A DNA stretch of 56,822 bases from Verrucomicrobiota bacterium. GTDB lineage: Bacteria; Verrucomicrobiota; Lentisphaeria; Lentisphaerales; Lentisphaeraceae. The translations under genes and the position numbers were made by a program. The number at the start of each line of letters is the position of its first letter. Positions within the stretch are counted from its first letter, which is position 1. The notes beneath the pieces are model-generated. The model saw only the letters and a program-made list of their open reading frames with translations, made no database searches and was not told the origin of the DNA. Positions 42,559 through 52,653 of this stretch are shown here, one piece after another. The stretch lies in assembly GCA_039798785.1 (NCBI GenBank), contig JBDKFG010000028.1:1-56822 (forward strand). Reading direction: 5' to 3'.

Positions 42559-43926
42559 TCACTTCATCAGATGCAGATTCGACATCGAGATGCCGGAGAG
42601 GAGGGCGCCGATGATGCCGAGGAAGCCCTGGTCGGTGCCGCAGAGGAAGACGTTGGGCACCGAGGTGCGGCCGTCCTTGATCTTGTCGGGCGAGCCGTAG
42701 ATGGCGCCGTTGACGTGGGAGGTGAATTTCTTGACGGTGAGGGGGCTGAAGGCGTCTTCGTAGACGATGTGGCCGGCGAGCTTGTCGGCGAGGCCGGTGG
42801 CTTCGAGCTGGGCGCGGATGAAGTCCTTCTTGGCGTCGGCGTAGCCGGCCTTGTCGAGGGCTGCCCAGGCCTCGTAGTCGGCGAGGCAGGTGAAGCGGAC
42901 GATGCCTTCGCTCAGCGGCTTGTCGCGGAACTGGAAGTTGTTGGGGATACAGATGACGCCCGAGCTCGGGTCGACGGTGCGGCCGGCGGGACGGCGGTAG
43001 TTGAAGTGTTCGCTGCGGCAGTAGAAGGAAATGGTTTCATCGATGCCGAGGGCCTTGGGCATGGTGTCGAGCACCAGCAGGGTTTCAACGAAACTGAGCA
43101 TGCCGGGGCGCTGCTTCGGGGTTTCGCCGAGGAGCATCGAGGTCTCGACCACGCCGGCCGAGCTGAGGACGGCTTTGGCTTCAAGGATCTGGCCGTTGTC
43201 GAGCTCGACGCCGGTGGCAACGCCGTCCTTGACGAGGATGCGTTTGACGCCGGTGCGCATCTTCACTTCGCAGCCGGCTTCCTTGACCCGCTGCTGGAGG
43301 AGGCGGAGGAGGTGGCGGACGCCGATCTGGGGACGACAGAAGCCTTCGGTGAAGACGGCTTTGAACATGATGCAGAACTGGCTGAAGTCCATGTCGTCTT
43401 CGACGGCGCTGCCGTAGTACATCACCGGGCAGAAGATCATGTCGACGAGGGTGGGGTCGGAGATGAAGCCGGCGACCACTTCGCGCGAGCTGAGGTAGGG
43501 CGCGTCGAGGGCGGTGTCCTGGTAGCCGTTGACGTGATCGACGAGGCGGCGGAAGCCGTCGACCTGGGAGGGGAATTCGCGGGCGACTTCGTCGACCATC
43601 ATGCCCATGCCGTTGGTCCAGCGGATCTTGCGGCCGGGGAAGTCGATCGAGGAGAAGCCCTGTTCGACGAGGTCGAGCTCGTCGAAGTCGATGCGCAGCT
43701 GGCGGAGGAGCTTGGAGAGCGGCGCGCCCTTGGTGCCGCGGGGGACGAAGTTGGTCATCGCGTGCAGGCCGACATCGAAGCGGCGGCCGTCTTTGGAGTA
43801 GTGCGAGTTGAGGCCGCCGGGGATGGCGTGGCGCTCGAGGATCACGACTTTTTTGCCGAAGTGGGCGAGGCGGATGCCTGCTGCCAGACCGGACATGCCG
43901 GCGCCGATGATGATGCAGTCGTACAT
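42559..43926 (-). CDS. FAD-dependent oxidoreductase, phytoene desaturase family
   Basis: IIIGAGMSGL, FDVGLHAMTN, NGAIYGSP, CGTDQGFLGIIGA. Confidence 0.85.
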   Translation of the reverse strand: MYDCIIIGAGMSGLAAGIRLAHFGKKVVILERHAIPGGLNSHYSKDGRRFDVGLHAMTNFVPRGTKGAPLSKLLRQLRIDFDELDLVEQGFSSIDFPGRKIRWTNGMGMMVDEVAREFPSQVDGFRRLVDHVNGYQDTALDAPYLSSREVVAGFISDPTLVDMIFCPVMYYGSAVEDDMDFSQFCIMFKAVFTEGFCRPQIGVRHLLRLLQQRVKEAGCEVKMRTGVKRILVKDGVATGVELDNGQILEAKAVLSSAGVVETSMLLGETPKQRPGMLSFVETLLVLDTMPKALGIDETISFYCRSEHFNYRRPAGRTVDPSSGVICIPNNFQFRDKPLSEGIVRFTCLADYEAWAALDKAGYADAKKDFIRAQLEATGLADKLAGHIVYEDAFSPLTVKKFTSHVNGAIYGSPDKIKDGRTSVPNVFLCGTDQGFLGIIGALLSGISMSNLHLMK

Positions 43927-43998
43927 GGAGGAAGAACCGGGTTGGAAGGTTGAGTGACCTGGGAGCCCCGGCGTCCCGCCGGGCCTGAGTTCAAATCA

Positions 43999-44029
43999 AA
44001 ACGGGACCTGCGCTAGGCCGGTCCCGTTT
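43999..44029 (-). terminator. Hairpin downstream of ACP
   Basis: AAACGGGACC..GGTCCCGTTT 10-bp stem. Confidence 0.5.
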
Positions 44030-44047
44030 GGAAGGAGGAGAAAGAGA

Positions 44048-44299
44048 TCAGAGGTGAGCCATCTTGGGGCCGAGGTATTCGCAGCAGCTGGCGAGGGAGG
44101 CGAGCTTGCCGTATTCGGCTTCGGGCACTTCGACGCCGAATTTCTTGCGGAGTTCCATGACGATGTCGAGGAAGTCCATGGAGTCCAGTTCCAGCTGTTC
44201 GCGCAGGGCCACTTCAGGCTTGAGAGCCGAGCAGTCGGCATCGGGGTTGATGTCCATGATGATGTCGATGATGGCCTGGGCGATCTGGTCCTTGTTCAT
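44048..44299 (-). CDS. Acyl carrier protein
   Basis: LELDSMDFLDIVMELRK phosphopantetheine site. Confidence 0.9.
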   Translation of the reverse strand: MNKDQIAQAIIDIIMDINPDADCSALKPEVALREQLELDSMDFLDIVMELRKKFGVEVPEAEYGKLASLASCCEYLGPKMAHL

Positions 44300-44443
44300 C
44301 CTGTAAGATCCTTGCTGATTTGCTGTTTTTCGTTGGGTCAGCCCACATTATAATACATTTTGGCATCAGTGCAAGAGGTTCCGGGGCACTTTCCTCCGCG
44401 CTGAGTGGTCAGAGGCGGGGTGCAGAAAAGCTGTGAAATGGGG

Positions 44444-44470
44444 AGAGCCGCCCCGGGCTGGGGCGGCTCT
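44444..44470 (-). terminator. Hairpin terminator downstream of flagellin
   Basis: AGAGCCGCCCC-GGGCT-GGGGCGGCTCT, 11-bp stem; weak U-tract. Confidence 0.6.
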
Positions 44471-44492
44471 GTCGGATTCAGTTTTCGGGTTT

Positions 44493-45440
44493 TCAGCCGA
44501 TGAGCTGGACGACAGCCTGGGGCAGCTGGTTGGCTTGAGCCAACATGGCGTTGCCGACCTGGTTGAGGATTTGGAACTTGGCGAGCTTGGTCGATTCTGC
44601 GGCCATGTCGATGTCGCGGATTTTGGATTCAGCGGCGCGGAGGTTGTCCTCATAGGAGAGCAGGGCGCTGCGGGTGTACTCCAGGCGGTTCTGCTGGGCA
44701 CCGTTGGAAGCCCGGGCATTGGAGAGGAAGTCGATGGCCTTGGCGAGCTTGCCGATCGAGTCGCTGCTGCGGACCGAGAACTTGGTGTCGTTGATGATCG
44801 AGCCCCAAGTGACGGCGGTGTGGTTCGAGCCGGTCAGGGTGAGGTTGTCGGTCGAATAGGTGTAGGTGTGGACCGATCCCATGATTTCGGTGCTGGCAGC
44901 TTGCAGGTCTTTCAGGTCGAGGTTGATCTTCTGGCCGAGGTCGGGACCGATCTGGAGAGAGATCTTGCCGGACGGGTTGGTGTCGGCGTTGGAGATGTCG
45001 ACGACACCGTTGCCGCCGCGGAAGAGATAGAGGCCGTTGAACTTGGCGGCGGAGTCGCTGTGAGAGGTGATCCGGACCATCTCGGTCTGAAGCTGCTTGA
45101 ATTCAGTCTGGATGTTGTCCTTGTCACCCACCGACTTGGTGCCGTCGCCGGCCTCGATGCTCAGTTCGCTCATCCTGGCGAGCATGTCGTTCATCTTCTG
45201 GAGCCAGGAGTCGACAGTCTGGAGCAGGGAGAGGCCGTTGTCGACGTTGGCGCGGCCCATGGCGACGTTGCGGGCTTGAGAGCGCATCCGTTCACTGATG
45301 CCGACGCCGGACGGGTCGTCGGAGACCATTTTGACGCCGGTCGACAAATGACCCATGGAGCGTTGCACTTCCCTGGAGTTGGCGGCGAAGGTGGTCCAGG
45401 TGTTGAAGGCGACGCTGTTGTTGTTGATGGTGAGTGACAT
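44493..45440 (-). CDS. fliC: Flagellin
   Basis: MSLTINNN, LSTG..DDPSG, GAQQNRLE, AESKIRDIDMA, MLAQANQLPQ. Confidence 0.95.
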   Translation of the reverse strand: MSLTINNNSVAFNTWTTFAANSREVQRSMGHLSTGVKMVSDDPSGVGISERMRSQARNVAMGRANVDNGLSLLQTVDSWLQKMNDMLARMSELSIEAGDGTKSVGDKDNIQTEFKQLQTEMVRITSHSDSAAKFNGLYLFRGGNGVVDISNADTNPSGKISLQIGPDLGQKINLDLKDLQAASTEIMGSVHTYTYSTDNLTLTGSNHTAVTWGSIINDTKFSVRSSDSIGKLAKAIDFLSNARASNGAQQNRLEYTRSALLSYEDNLRAAESKIRDIDMAAESTKLAKFQILNQVGNAMLAQANQLPQAVVQLIG

Positions 45441-45601
45441 GTGATCCTCCGTGATCTTGCACTTTCTGTTGTCGTCGACGTCCTTGTCGGCGCCCGCTTT
45501 GTTCCTTTTTCGAGAAGCCCCTGCGGGATCAGGGCTTCCGGGTTTCCTCGAGTCCGATCCTTCGGTCCCGGGCCTGCCACTTGGTGGCTTGCATCCTTCT
45601 C

Positions 45602-45628
45602 CTTTCGGGGGCGGAATGAGCTTCTTTA
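45602..45628 (-). promoter_or_regulatory. Sigma28 (FliA)-type promoter of flagellin
   Basis: Minus strand reads TAAA-N15-CCCGAAAG versus consensus TAAA-N15-GCCGATAA. Confidence 0.65.
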
Positions 45629-45783
45629 GCGGCGCCGGAGATTTTTTTTCGATTTTTCCGGGAATTCCTCACTCCGGCTTCGTATTGAGCTTGGAATCAG
45701 GATTTTTTCCCGGGCGGCTTTGTCGCCATCCGCGGAAGCCGCAGCATTGTCCTGAGAAGCGCTTCAGCCAGCAAGGAAAATTT

Positions 45784-47448
45784 ATGGACGCGAAACTGAT
45801 CGAGACCTTGTTTGAGATTCTGATGAACGTCGCGGTGATGACCGGGCTGATGCAGTCTCCGCCACGGGATCTGATGTCGATCTGCTCGGCGGAACAGGTT
45901 CTCGAGGTCTGGGGCCAGGATGCTGCGCCGGACGCTTTGACGGCGCTGTTGGAAGGGCGTCAGCGGGCGCCGGAGGGGCTAAAGTTCGATGTCGTCGACT
46001 TGGAGAAGCGATTGCGCGAGGGCAGTCCCAAGGAGCGGCGCAAGGCCCGGGCGGAGCTGCTGGGAGCGGGTGAGGCGGCTCGCCCGCTTCTCATCCGGCT
46101 GGCTGCGGAGGCGGATCCGGAGCTGGCCGAGCCGGCGCGGCAGCAGCTTGCTCAGTTGCAGGTGCTGGAGGCGAGGAAAAAGGCCGAGAAGGCGCCCGAC
46201 CTTCGTCCCTGGGCCGCCCGCCGACTCGGGGAGCTGCGTTTCCAGGCTGCCCGTCCGGTGCTGGAGAAGCTTTCCCGCGGTGAGGATTCTACCCTGGCGC
46301 GCGAGTCTGCCGCAGCCTTGCGGGGAATGGAGGGGCTGCCGGAGCGTCAGGTCCGCAGCGATCTCCCTCGCCTTGCCCGCGCCTTGCCGCCGGGGATCTG
46401 CTTCGGCTTCGCTGCCGAGCTGCGCCGGGGAGCCTCCGGGAAGTGCATGGCGGAACGTCTTTCGGAGATCCCCGAGGACAAGGCCCCTCCTTCGATTTCC
46501 CCGATTTCGCCGAAGCTGGCTCGACAGATCTCCCGAGCCGTCGACAGGATCGGCAACTTCGAGCTCCACGCGGTGGCGTTCTCGGTCTTTTACGACGATG
46601 TCAGCAAGACGGCCAGTTCCCGCCTTCTGCTGCAAGGTTGCTTCGACGTCAAGCGCTGCCAGCAGCACCTCCCTGCCGCCGCCGTGCTTCTGGGGGGGCG
46701 CAATTTCCACGAGCTGGATTCCGACTGCAGTGTCTTCCTGAGCGAAAATCTCATCCTCGCCGCCTTTGCCGGCAATGCCGAAGCGCGGTCTGCCGCCGCG
46801 GCAGATCTCTCCGGCCGGTACGACCAGGCGGATGGGAAGGCGCCGGAGATTCTCAAGCCAGGCATTGCCCTGGTCACGGCCGGAAAGGCGCGCTTCTGCC
46901 TGGCCGCCAAGCTCAGTCCGTCGCAGCGCGACGAGATGCTCAAGGGGCTTGCCGACATGCGTGGCTTCGCTGCCCAGGCCCAGGGGCAAGGTTTTGATCT
47001 TCTCGGCATGATCGACTTGCTGGAATCATTCGCGAAGGCGAAATCCCTCGATCTCAGCGTCAGCGACGATCTGCATCTCGCCGGAATCCTGCACTGCCAG
47101 GACGCCGAGGCCGCGGGCTTCGCCGAGGCCAGCTTGAGCAGCGCCGACGCCGGGATCCGCAAGAGTCTCGCCACCGCCGCCCTGATGTCCCCGGAGATGC
47201 AGCCCGTCCTCAGCCGCATCGACCTGAGCCTTGAGATCTTCAGCGGCAGCTCGTCCGGCTCCGACCTCCTCTTCACCTGCAGCGCCGCCCTGCCTAGGAT
47301 GATCTTCGGTGGCATAGCCGCCGCTGCCGCCGAAAGCGCCCGCTTCGAGGCGGAGCTTGCGGCCGAAGCGGTGCAGGTCGAAGAGCTTCCCCTTGTCCAG
47401 ATCCCTCCGCTTCCCGCACCGGAACCGGAACCCGCCTTTGATCCCTGA
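45784..47448 (+). CDS. Hypothetical protein with HEAT-like repeats
   Basis: AAGGA RBS before ATG 45784; AARRLGELRFQAARPVLEKL. Confidence 0.65.
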   Translation: MDAKLIETLFEILMNVAVMTGLMQSPPRDLMSICSAEQVLEVWGQDAAPDALTALLEGRQRAPEGLKFDVVDLEKRLREGSPKERRKARAELLGAGEAARPLLIRLAAEADPELAEPARQQLAQLQVLEARKKAEKAPDLRPWAARRLGELRFQAARPVLEKLSRGEDSTLARESAAALRGMEGLPERQVRSDLPRLARALPPGICFGFAAELRRGASGKCMAERLSEIPEDKAPPSISPISPKLARQISRAVDRIGNFELHAVAFSVFYDDVSKTASSRLLLQGCFDVKRCQQHLPAAAVLLGGRNFHELDSDCSVFLSENLILAAFAGNAEARSAAAADLSGRYDQADGKAPEILKPGIALVTAGKARFCLAAKLSPSQRDEMLKGLADMRGFAAQAQGQGFDLLGMIDLLESFAKAKSLDLSVSDDLHLAGILHCQDAEAAGFAEASLSSADAGIRKSLATAALMSPEMQPVLSRIDLSLEIFSGSSSGSDLLFTCSAALPRMIFGGIAAAAAESARFEAELAAEAVQVEELPLVQIPPLPAPEPEPAFDP

Positions 47449-47465
47449 AACCCCGGGACGTCTTC

Positions 47466-50400
47466 ATGCTTCTTGCCTTCTGGCGAGCCTTCCGCAACTG
47501 CTTCCTCCTTTTCGCCACGGGGGCGGCCCTCCTCTGCCTGTATTGCGAAGCCGTCGGCATCCCTCCCAACCTGGCGCTGGCTCTGCGCCAGGAGCTGCGC
47601 CGCAATGACATCCCCTTTGATTTCTCCGGCGTCAAGGTCGGTCCGGTCAACGGCATCGTCCTCTTGCAGCCGCGGCTGCTCGATCCGCAGCGGCCAGGGA
47701 AGGTGCTGCTCCGCGCCGAGCAGGCGATGCTCGATTTCCATCGCGACTCGCTTCTCGCCGGCACCGCCGAGCTGTCGCGGGTTGAACTCACCGGAGCCTC
47801 CTTCACCCTGCCTCTTGACGACGGCTCGCCTCTCGAAGTGCATGAAGTCCACCTTTCGGCGCGCCTGTCCGGGGGGACTCTCCTCTGCGATTCACTCAGC
47901 GGCTCAGTCGCCGGCTTGAAGGTCAGGCTGCGGGGGCAGCTGACCCATCTCGACGAACTGCAGACCGACGGCAGTTCCTTCGATCTGGCGAGCCTGCTGC
48001 CCAAGTCGGTCGCGATGGCTTTGCGTCAGGTCCGCGACGAGCTCGGCCGAGGGGACGGCAGCGCCGAGCTCAACGTCGATTTCGACGCCGACATCCGCGA
48101 TGCCGCCGCCGGACAATGGCGCGCCGCCCTCGAATCCGCCGGTTTCAGCCGCTATGGCATGCGAATCAGCGAGCTTCGCCTGCGCTGCGAGACCCGTGGC
48201 GGGCGGCTCGACCGTGCGCATGCCGAATGCCGCCTCAGACGCGAAGGCCCGGAAGCCTGGTTCGATTCCGGGGAGTGCCGCCTCAGCTGGAAGGACGGCA
48301 TCTGCCAGGTCGAGCGGATGGAGGCGAGGCTCCCCTTCGTCCATGTCTCTCTCGAGGGGCAGATCGCAGGAATCGAGAAGCTGCTTGCCGCCGCCAGTGC
48401 CGGCGAGGCGTCCGGCCTGCCGGATGACTGGGATGGGCCGATGCGCGAGGCCCGCATCCTTCTTCTCAAGGCCGGCCTGATCCGCACCCAGAGCCCCTGC
48501 ACCGCGCAGGGCCGTTTCCTGATCGATCTCGCCGAACCCAGCCGCAACCAGGCCCTTCTCGATCTGCATGTCCCCGACGCCGAACTGCCATTCTACGGCA
48601 GCATCAAAAACAGCAGCGCCCGCCTCGTCTGGGAAAAACAGCGACTCAGCGCCCCGGCCTTCACCCTTTGCTACAACGGCCCGCCGAAAGGACTCGCCCT
48701 CAGCCTGCCCGATGGGCACCCCTTCGCCCTCAAACTCCGCAACCTCGAGTGCCGCGGCTCCTGGGACGGCTCCCAGCTGATCCTCTCCCACGCCTTGCTG
48801 GAACTGCCGTCCCTGCGCCTGGAAGGCTCCGGCCGTGTCCGCGATCTGAGCCTGGCCCGGATCCTCCCGGAGAAAAGCTCCGGGGAGTCGCCTGCGATCT
48901 CCAGCGAGGGTTCTCCCGCCGCCATGGCGGCGGCCCTCGGCGCCCTCCTGGCGCTCGAACGATTCCGGCTTGAACAGCCAGCGTCTTGCCGCTTCGCCTT
49001 CGATGTCCCCCTCGACCGCCCGGATGCCTCGCGATTCACCGCCGACACCGATGTCCCGGCCTTCACCTTCCGGGGCCTCGCCCTCCGCCACAGCCGCCTC
49101 CGATTCACCGCCAGCCCGCAGCGAATCGCCGTCGACAACCTCGACCTCGGCATCGACAACGATGAACGCCTCAGCGGCTCCCTTGCCTATGAACTCGCAG
49201 GACGGACGATCAGCGGCGAGCTGCGCGGCGGGCTCCACCTCAACCGCATCCTCGGCTTCCTCGACCCCAAGCTCGCCCGGGGCCTGCAGCGCATCCGCTT
49301 CGGCGACACCGCGCCGCAGTTCGACTTGCAGATCCTGCCCACTCCGATCGACGACCTTTCGCAGCTCCGCCTCCAGGGAGAGCTGGTGATCCACGACATC
49401 GGCTATCGAGGCCTGATGGTCGACTCCCTCACCGGCCGTCTCACTCTCGAGCCTGGCAAGGTCTACCTGCGTCAGGGCCGAGCCTTCTCCCGCGACCTCA
49501 CCGGCGATGTCGACGCCTCCTTCGACTTCAAGTCCCTCGACCTCCTGGTCCGCGCCGACCTGGTCAGCGATCCCCGCATCTATGTCAATTTCATCGAGCA
49601 CGAACAGGCACGCAAGAACTACCTCGGTATCTGGCAGAGCTTGACCTGGGACCCGAGCTCCCTGATCCGCCAGACCGGTGTCTTCGGCTATCATTTCTCC
49701 GGCGACGAGTCGCAGGACAGCCTTTTCTTCTATGGCCATGCCGAAGCGGCCGGCGCCGCCATCAACGGCCTCCGGACCCAGTCCCTCAGCACTGACATCC
49801 ATCTCGAATATCCCGGACAGGTCCTGCTCGACAAGTTCACTGTCCGATTGACCCAGGGATCCGCCTCGCTCAAGCTCGGTTTTCGCGATCTCGACAAAGG
49901 CTGCATCGCCGACTTCGAGGGGCAGTCGACCCTTGCTCCGCGCGATTTGCTGCAGCTTTGTGACCGGCAGCTGCGGGATTTGCTCCCCGGCTTCGACATG
50001 CCTCCCTCTGCCACCGTCACCGCCCGCGGCAGCCTGCCGCTCGGCGCTCCCGAGAAGATCCATCTGCATGCCTCGGTCGCCGCTCCCGCCCTCGGCTACG
50101 GCGTCCACAAGGCCAGCGGCGTCGAACTTGATCTCGGCATCGATCAGGGACGGATGCTGGTCCAGACCCGTCGCTGCGGCCTGTACCAGGGCGCCCTGGA
50201 TGTCCACTTCGAGCGCGATCTCGCCGGAGGGCCTGCCCTGCTCCGGCTCAAGGGTACGCGGATGGAGCTCGGCTCGCTGGTCTCCGCCTACGGGGCCAAA
50301 CACCTCAAGGCGGCCGGCGGCACGGCTGAATTCGAGGCCGACCTGAAACTTGAAATGAACCCTCAGGATGACCTCGCCGCGATGAGCGGCACTGGCTCCA

Positions 50401-50855
50401 TCCAGGTCGGCGACGGTGCCTTCTGGCAGATTCCGGTCCTCGGTCCCTGGCTCGACAAGGTGGGCACCGTCCTGCCCTTCTCCTCTGCCACCTCGATCCG
50501 CAGCGTCAGCGCCAAGCTGCGTTTCGCCGAGCAGAACATCAACGTCGACGAATTCAGCACCGATGGTTCCATCATCTCCCTCGCCGGCAAGGGCGCCTAC
50601 CGCTGGTCCGACGGCGCCTACCACTTCGAAATCCTGACCTCCTACCTGAAGGGCGCCATCGCCCCCTTCGGCCTCGACCTCCTCTCCGGCCTCTTCTCGC
50701 CGGTCACCGCAGGTATGAAGGCCTCGGTCACCGGTTCCCCCGGCAAGATGAAGTGGTCCTTCGACCGGGTCGACGACTTCCTCGACCTGTTCCGCCGCCG
50801 CGCTGCCCCGCAAGGCCCCGAGCTTGCTCCGCCCGAGCTTCCTGAGGGCAGATAG
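47466..50855 (+). CDS. AsmA/YhdP-like bridge protein
   Basis: 1129 aa, N-terminal TM, beta-rich; C-terminal GLYQG..GTGSIQVGDG..IPVLG. Confidence 0.75.
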   Translation: MLLAFWRAFRNCFLLFATGAALLCLYCEAVGIPPNLALALRQELRRNDIPFDFSGVKVGPVNGIVLLQPRLLDPQRPGKVLLRAEQAMLDFHRDSLLAGTAELSRVELTGASFTLPLDDGSPLEVHEVHLSARLSGGTLLCDSLSGSVAGLKVRLRGQLTHLDELQTDGSSFDLASLLPKSVAMALRQVRDELGRGDGSAELNVDFDADIRDAAAGQWRAALESAGFSRYGMRISELRLRCETRGGRLDRAHAECRLRREGPEAWFDSGECRLSWKDGICQVERMEARLPFVHVSLEGQIAGIEKLLAAASAGEASGLPDDWDGPMREARILLLKAGLIRTQSPCTAQGRFLIDLAEPSRNQALLDLHVPDAELPFYGSIKNSSARLVWEKQRLSAPAFTLCYNGPPKGLALSLPDGHPFALKLRNLECRGSWDGSQLILSHALLELPSLRLEGSGRVRDLSLARILPEKSSGESPAISSEGSPAAMAAALGALLALERFRLEQPASCRFAFDVPLDRPDASRFTADTDVPAFTFRGLALRHSRLRFTASPQRIAVDNLDLGIDNDERLSGSLAYELAGRTISGELRGGLHLNRILGFLDPKLARGLQRIRFGDTAPQFDLQILPTPIDDLSQLRLQGELVIHDIGYRGLMVDSLTGRLTLEPGKVYLRQGRAFSRDLTGDVDASFDFKSLDLLVRADLVSDPRIYVNFIEHEQARKNYLGIWQSLTWDPSSLIRQTGVFGYHFSGDESQDSLFFYGHAEAAGAAINGLRTQSLSTDIHLEYPGQVLLDKFTVRLTQGSASLKLGFRDLDKGCIADFEGQSTLAPRDLLQLCDRQLRDLLPGFDMPPSATVTARGSLPLGAPEKIHLHASVAAPALGYGVHKASGVELDLGIDQGRMLVQTRRCGLYQGALDVHFERDLAGGPALLRLKGTRMELGSLVSAYGAKHLKAAGGTAEFEADLKLEMNPQDDLAAMSGTGSIQVGDGAFWQIPVLGPWLDKVGTVLPFSSATSIRSVSAKLRFAEQNINVDEFSTDGSIISLAGKGAYRWSDGAYHFEILTSYLKGAIAPFGLDLLSGLFSPVTAGMKASVTGSPGKMKWSFDRVDDFLDLFRRRAAPQGPELAPPELPEGR

Positions 50856-50943
50856 AAACATCTCGTCTTCAAGGTGTTGCGCTGGCACGCTTCGTGCATT
50901 TGGGATTCTCCAGAGAATCGACAATGACGAAGGAGTCAGGCTT

Positions 50944-52644
50944 ATGGGCGAGACATTCAAGAACTTCTGGGGCGCCTGTCTGGGCGTCTGGCGCGGCATC
51001 GGCCTCCCCCAGCGGATCAGCATCATCCTGGTCTTCGTCTGCGCCGCCGCGGCGATGGCCAGCATCGTCTGGTACGGCAGCCGCGAAAATTGGGTGCCTC
51101 TCTACGTCGACATCGACGCCAAGGACAAGGCCGCCGTCATGGAGCTGCTCCGCGAACGCAACATCCCCAGCCGCCACGCCGACGGCAACCGCTCCATCGA
51201 AGTGCCGGAGAAATACGCCGCCGAAGCCAAGATGCGAGTCGCCGAAAAAGGCATCGTCACCGACGCCGATGGCAAGGACCCCTACGCCTACTACGACAAT
51301 CCCCGGATGGGAGAAACCGAGCAGCAGGCGCTGAAAAACGAGCAGCGCGCCACCCAGAACGACATCGCCCGCAAGCTCCGCAAGATGCCCAATGTCCAGG
51401 ATGCGATGGTGACCGTCGTCGTCCCTCGCAAGCGCGCCTTCCAGAAAGACGCCCCCAGCGCCACCGCCAGCGTCCACCTCGTCCTCGCCGGCAAGGCCAG
51501 CGTCACCAAAGGCGAAGTCGAGGCGATGCGCCACATGGTCGCCGCCAGCGTCCCCGGCCTCAGCCCCGACAAGGTCACCATCACCGACAACCGCGGCGTC
51601 CTCCGGGCCCAAAACGACAGCACCCTGGAACTCGGCGGCGCCGAAGGCCGCCAGGCCGAACTGCAAGCCGCCTATGAAGACTACTACCGCCAGAAGGCCG
51701 AAAGCATCCTCAGCCCCATCCTCGGAGCCGGCAAGGTCGTCGCCATGGTCAACTGCGACCTCGATTTCAGCCAGCTGCAGCGCACCAAGGAGAGCTTCGA
51801 CCGCGACAACGCCATCGCCACCACTCAGAAGACTACCACCAAGAACACCGAAAGCAGCAGCGGCGCTGAAGCCCAGACCGTCGGCAACGACAGCAACACG
51901 GTCGTCGACGTCGCCGAGCCGGAAAAGACCGCCGGCGCCGGCAGCCCCCTCAACAAGACTTCGGAGAACACTGTCGAAGTCAGCTCTGTCGTTCCCAAAA
52001 CCGTCGAGATCACAATGGAAAAAGGCGCCCGCCTGCGCAAGCTCACGGTCGCGGTCACCATCGCCGCCCCCGCTCCGGTCCTCGGCAAGGACGGCAAGCC
52101 CCAGCCGGTCAACCTCGAGGAGCGCAAGCAAGTCTTGGAGAAATACCGCAAGCTCGTCGCCTCCGCCGTCGGTGCCGTCGGCATCAGCTTCCCGGGGGAA
52201 GCCGCCGCAAGCGCCGCCGCCACCCCGCCCGCACGAGTCGACATGGTGACGGTGGAAGAGGCCCCCTTCCAAGTCGAGGAAGTCGCGGCAGCGGGGGCCA
52301 GCGTCGAGGACGTCGCCGCGCAGGTCGAGTCGCTGATGGGCACCGATCTTGCCCGCATCGCCGGCGGCACGCTGCTGCTTCTCCTCCTCTTCCTGATGCA
52401 CCGCCGCATCTTCGGCGCCACCCAGGTGATGCGCGAAGACCTGGCCGGCGCCGGCCCCGGCGGCGCCGCCGCCGCCGCCCTTGAGGGCCCGGCACCCGAA
52501 GCCAAACCCCTGCTTGAAGCCGACGAATCCCTCTTGCCCAAGCACAAACCCAACAAGCAGATCGCCCTGCTCAAGAAGGCCACCGACGACGAACCCAAGG
52601 CGATCGCCAACGTCATCGAAAACTGGATCGCAGAAGACAAGTGA
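50944..52644 (+). CDS. fliF: Flagellar MS-ring protein
   Basis: Two TMs; PLYVD, ATASVHL, HMVAASVPGLSPDKVTITD, IANVIENWI. Confidence 0.9.
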   Translation: MGETFKNFWGACLGVWRGIGLPQRISIILVFVCAAAAMASIVWYGSRENWVPLYVDIDAKDKAAVMELLRERNIPSRHADGNRSIEVPEKYAAEAKMRVAEKGIVTDADGKDPYAYYDNPRMGETEQQALKNEQRATQNDIARKLRKMPNVQDAMVTVVVPRKRAFQKDAPSATASVHLVLAGKASVTKGEVEAMRHMVAASVPGLSPDKVTITDNRGVLRAQNDSTLELGGAEGRQAELQAAYEDYYRQKAESILSPILGAGKVVAMVNCDLDFSQLQRTKESFDRDNAIATTQKTTTKNTESSSGAEAQTVGNDSNTVVDVAEPEKTAGAGSPLNKTSENTVEVSSVVPKTVEITMEKGARLRKLTVAVTIAAPAPVLGKDGKPQPVNLEERKQVLEKYRKLVASAVGAVGISFPGEAAASAAATPPARVDMVTVEEAPFQVEEVAAAGASVEDVAAQVESLMGTDLARIAGGTLLLLLLFLMHRRIFGATQVMREDLAGAGPGGAAAAALEGPAPEAKPLLEADESLLPKHKPNKQIALLKKATDDEPKAIANVIENWIAEDK

Positions 52645-52653
52645 GGACTCCTT

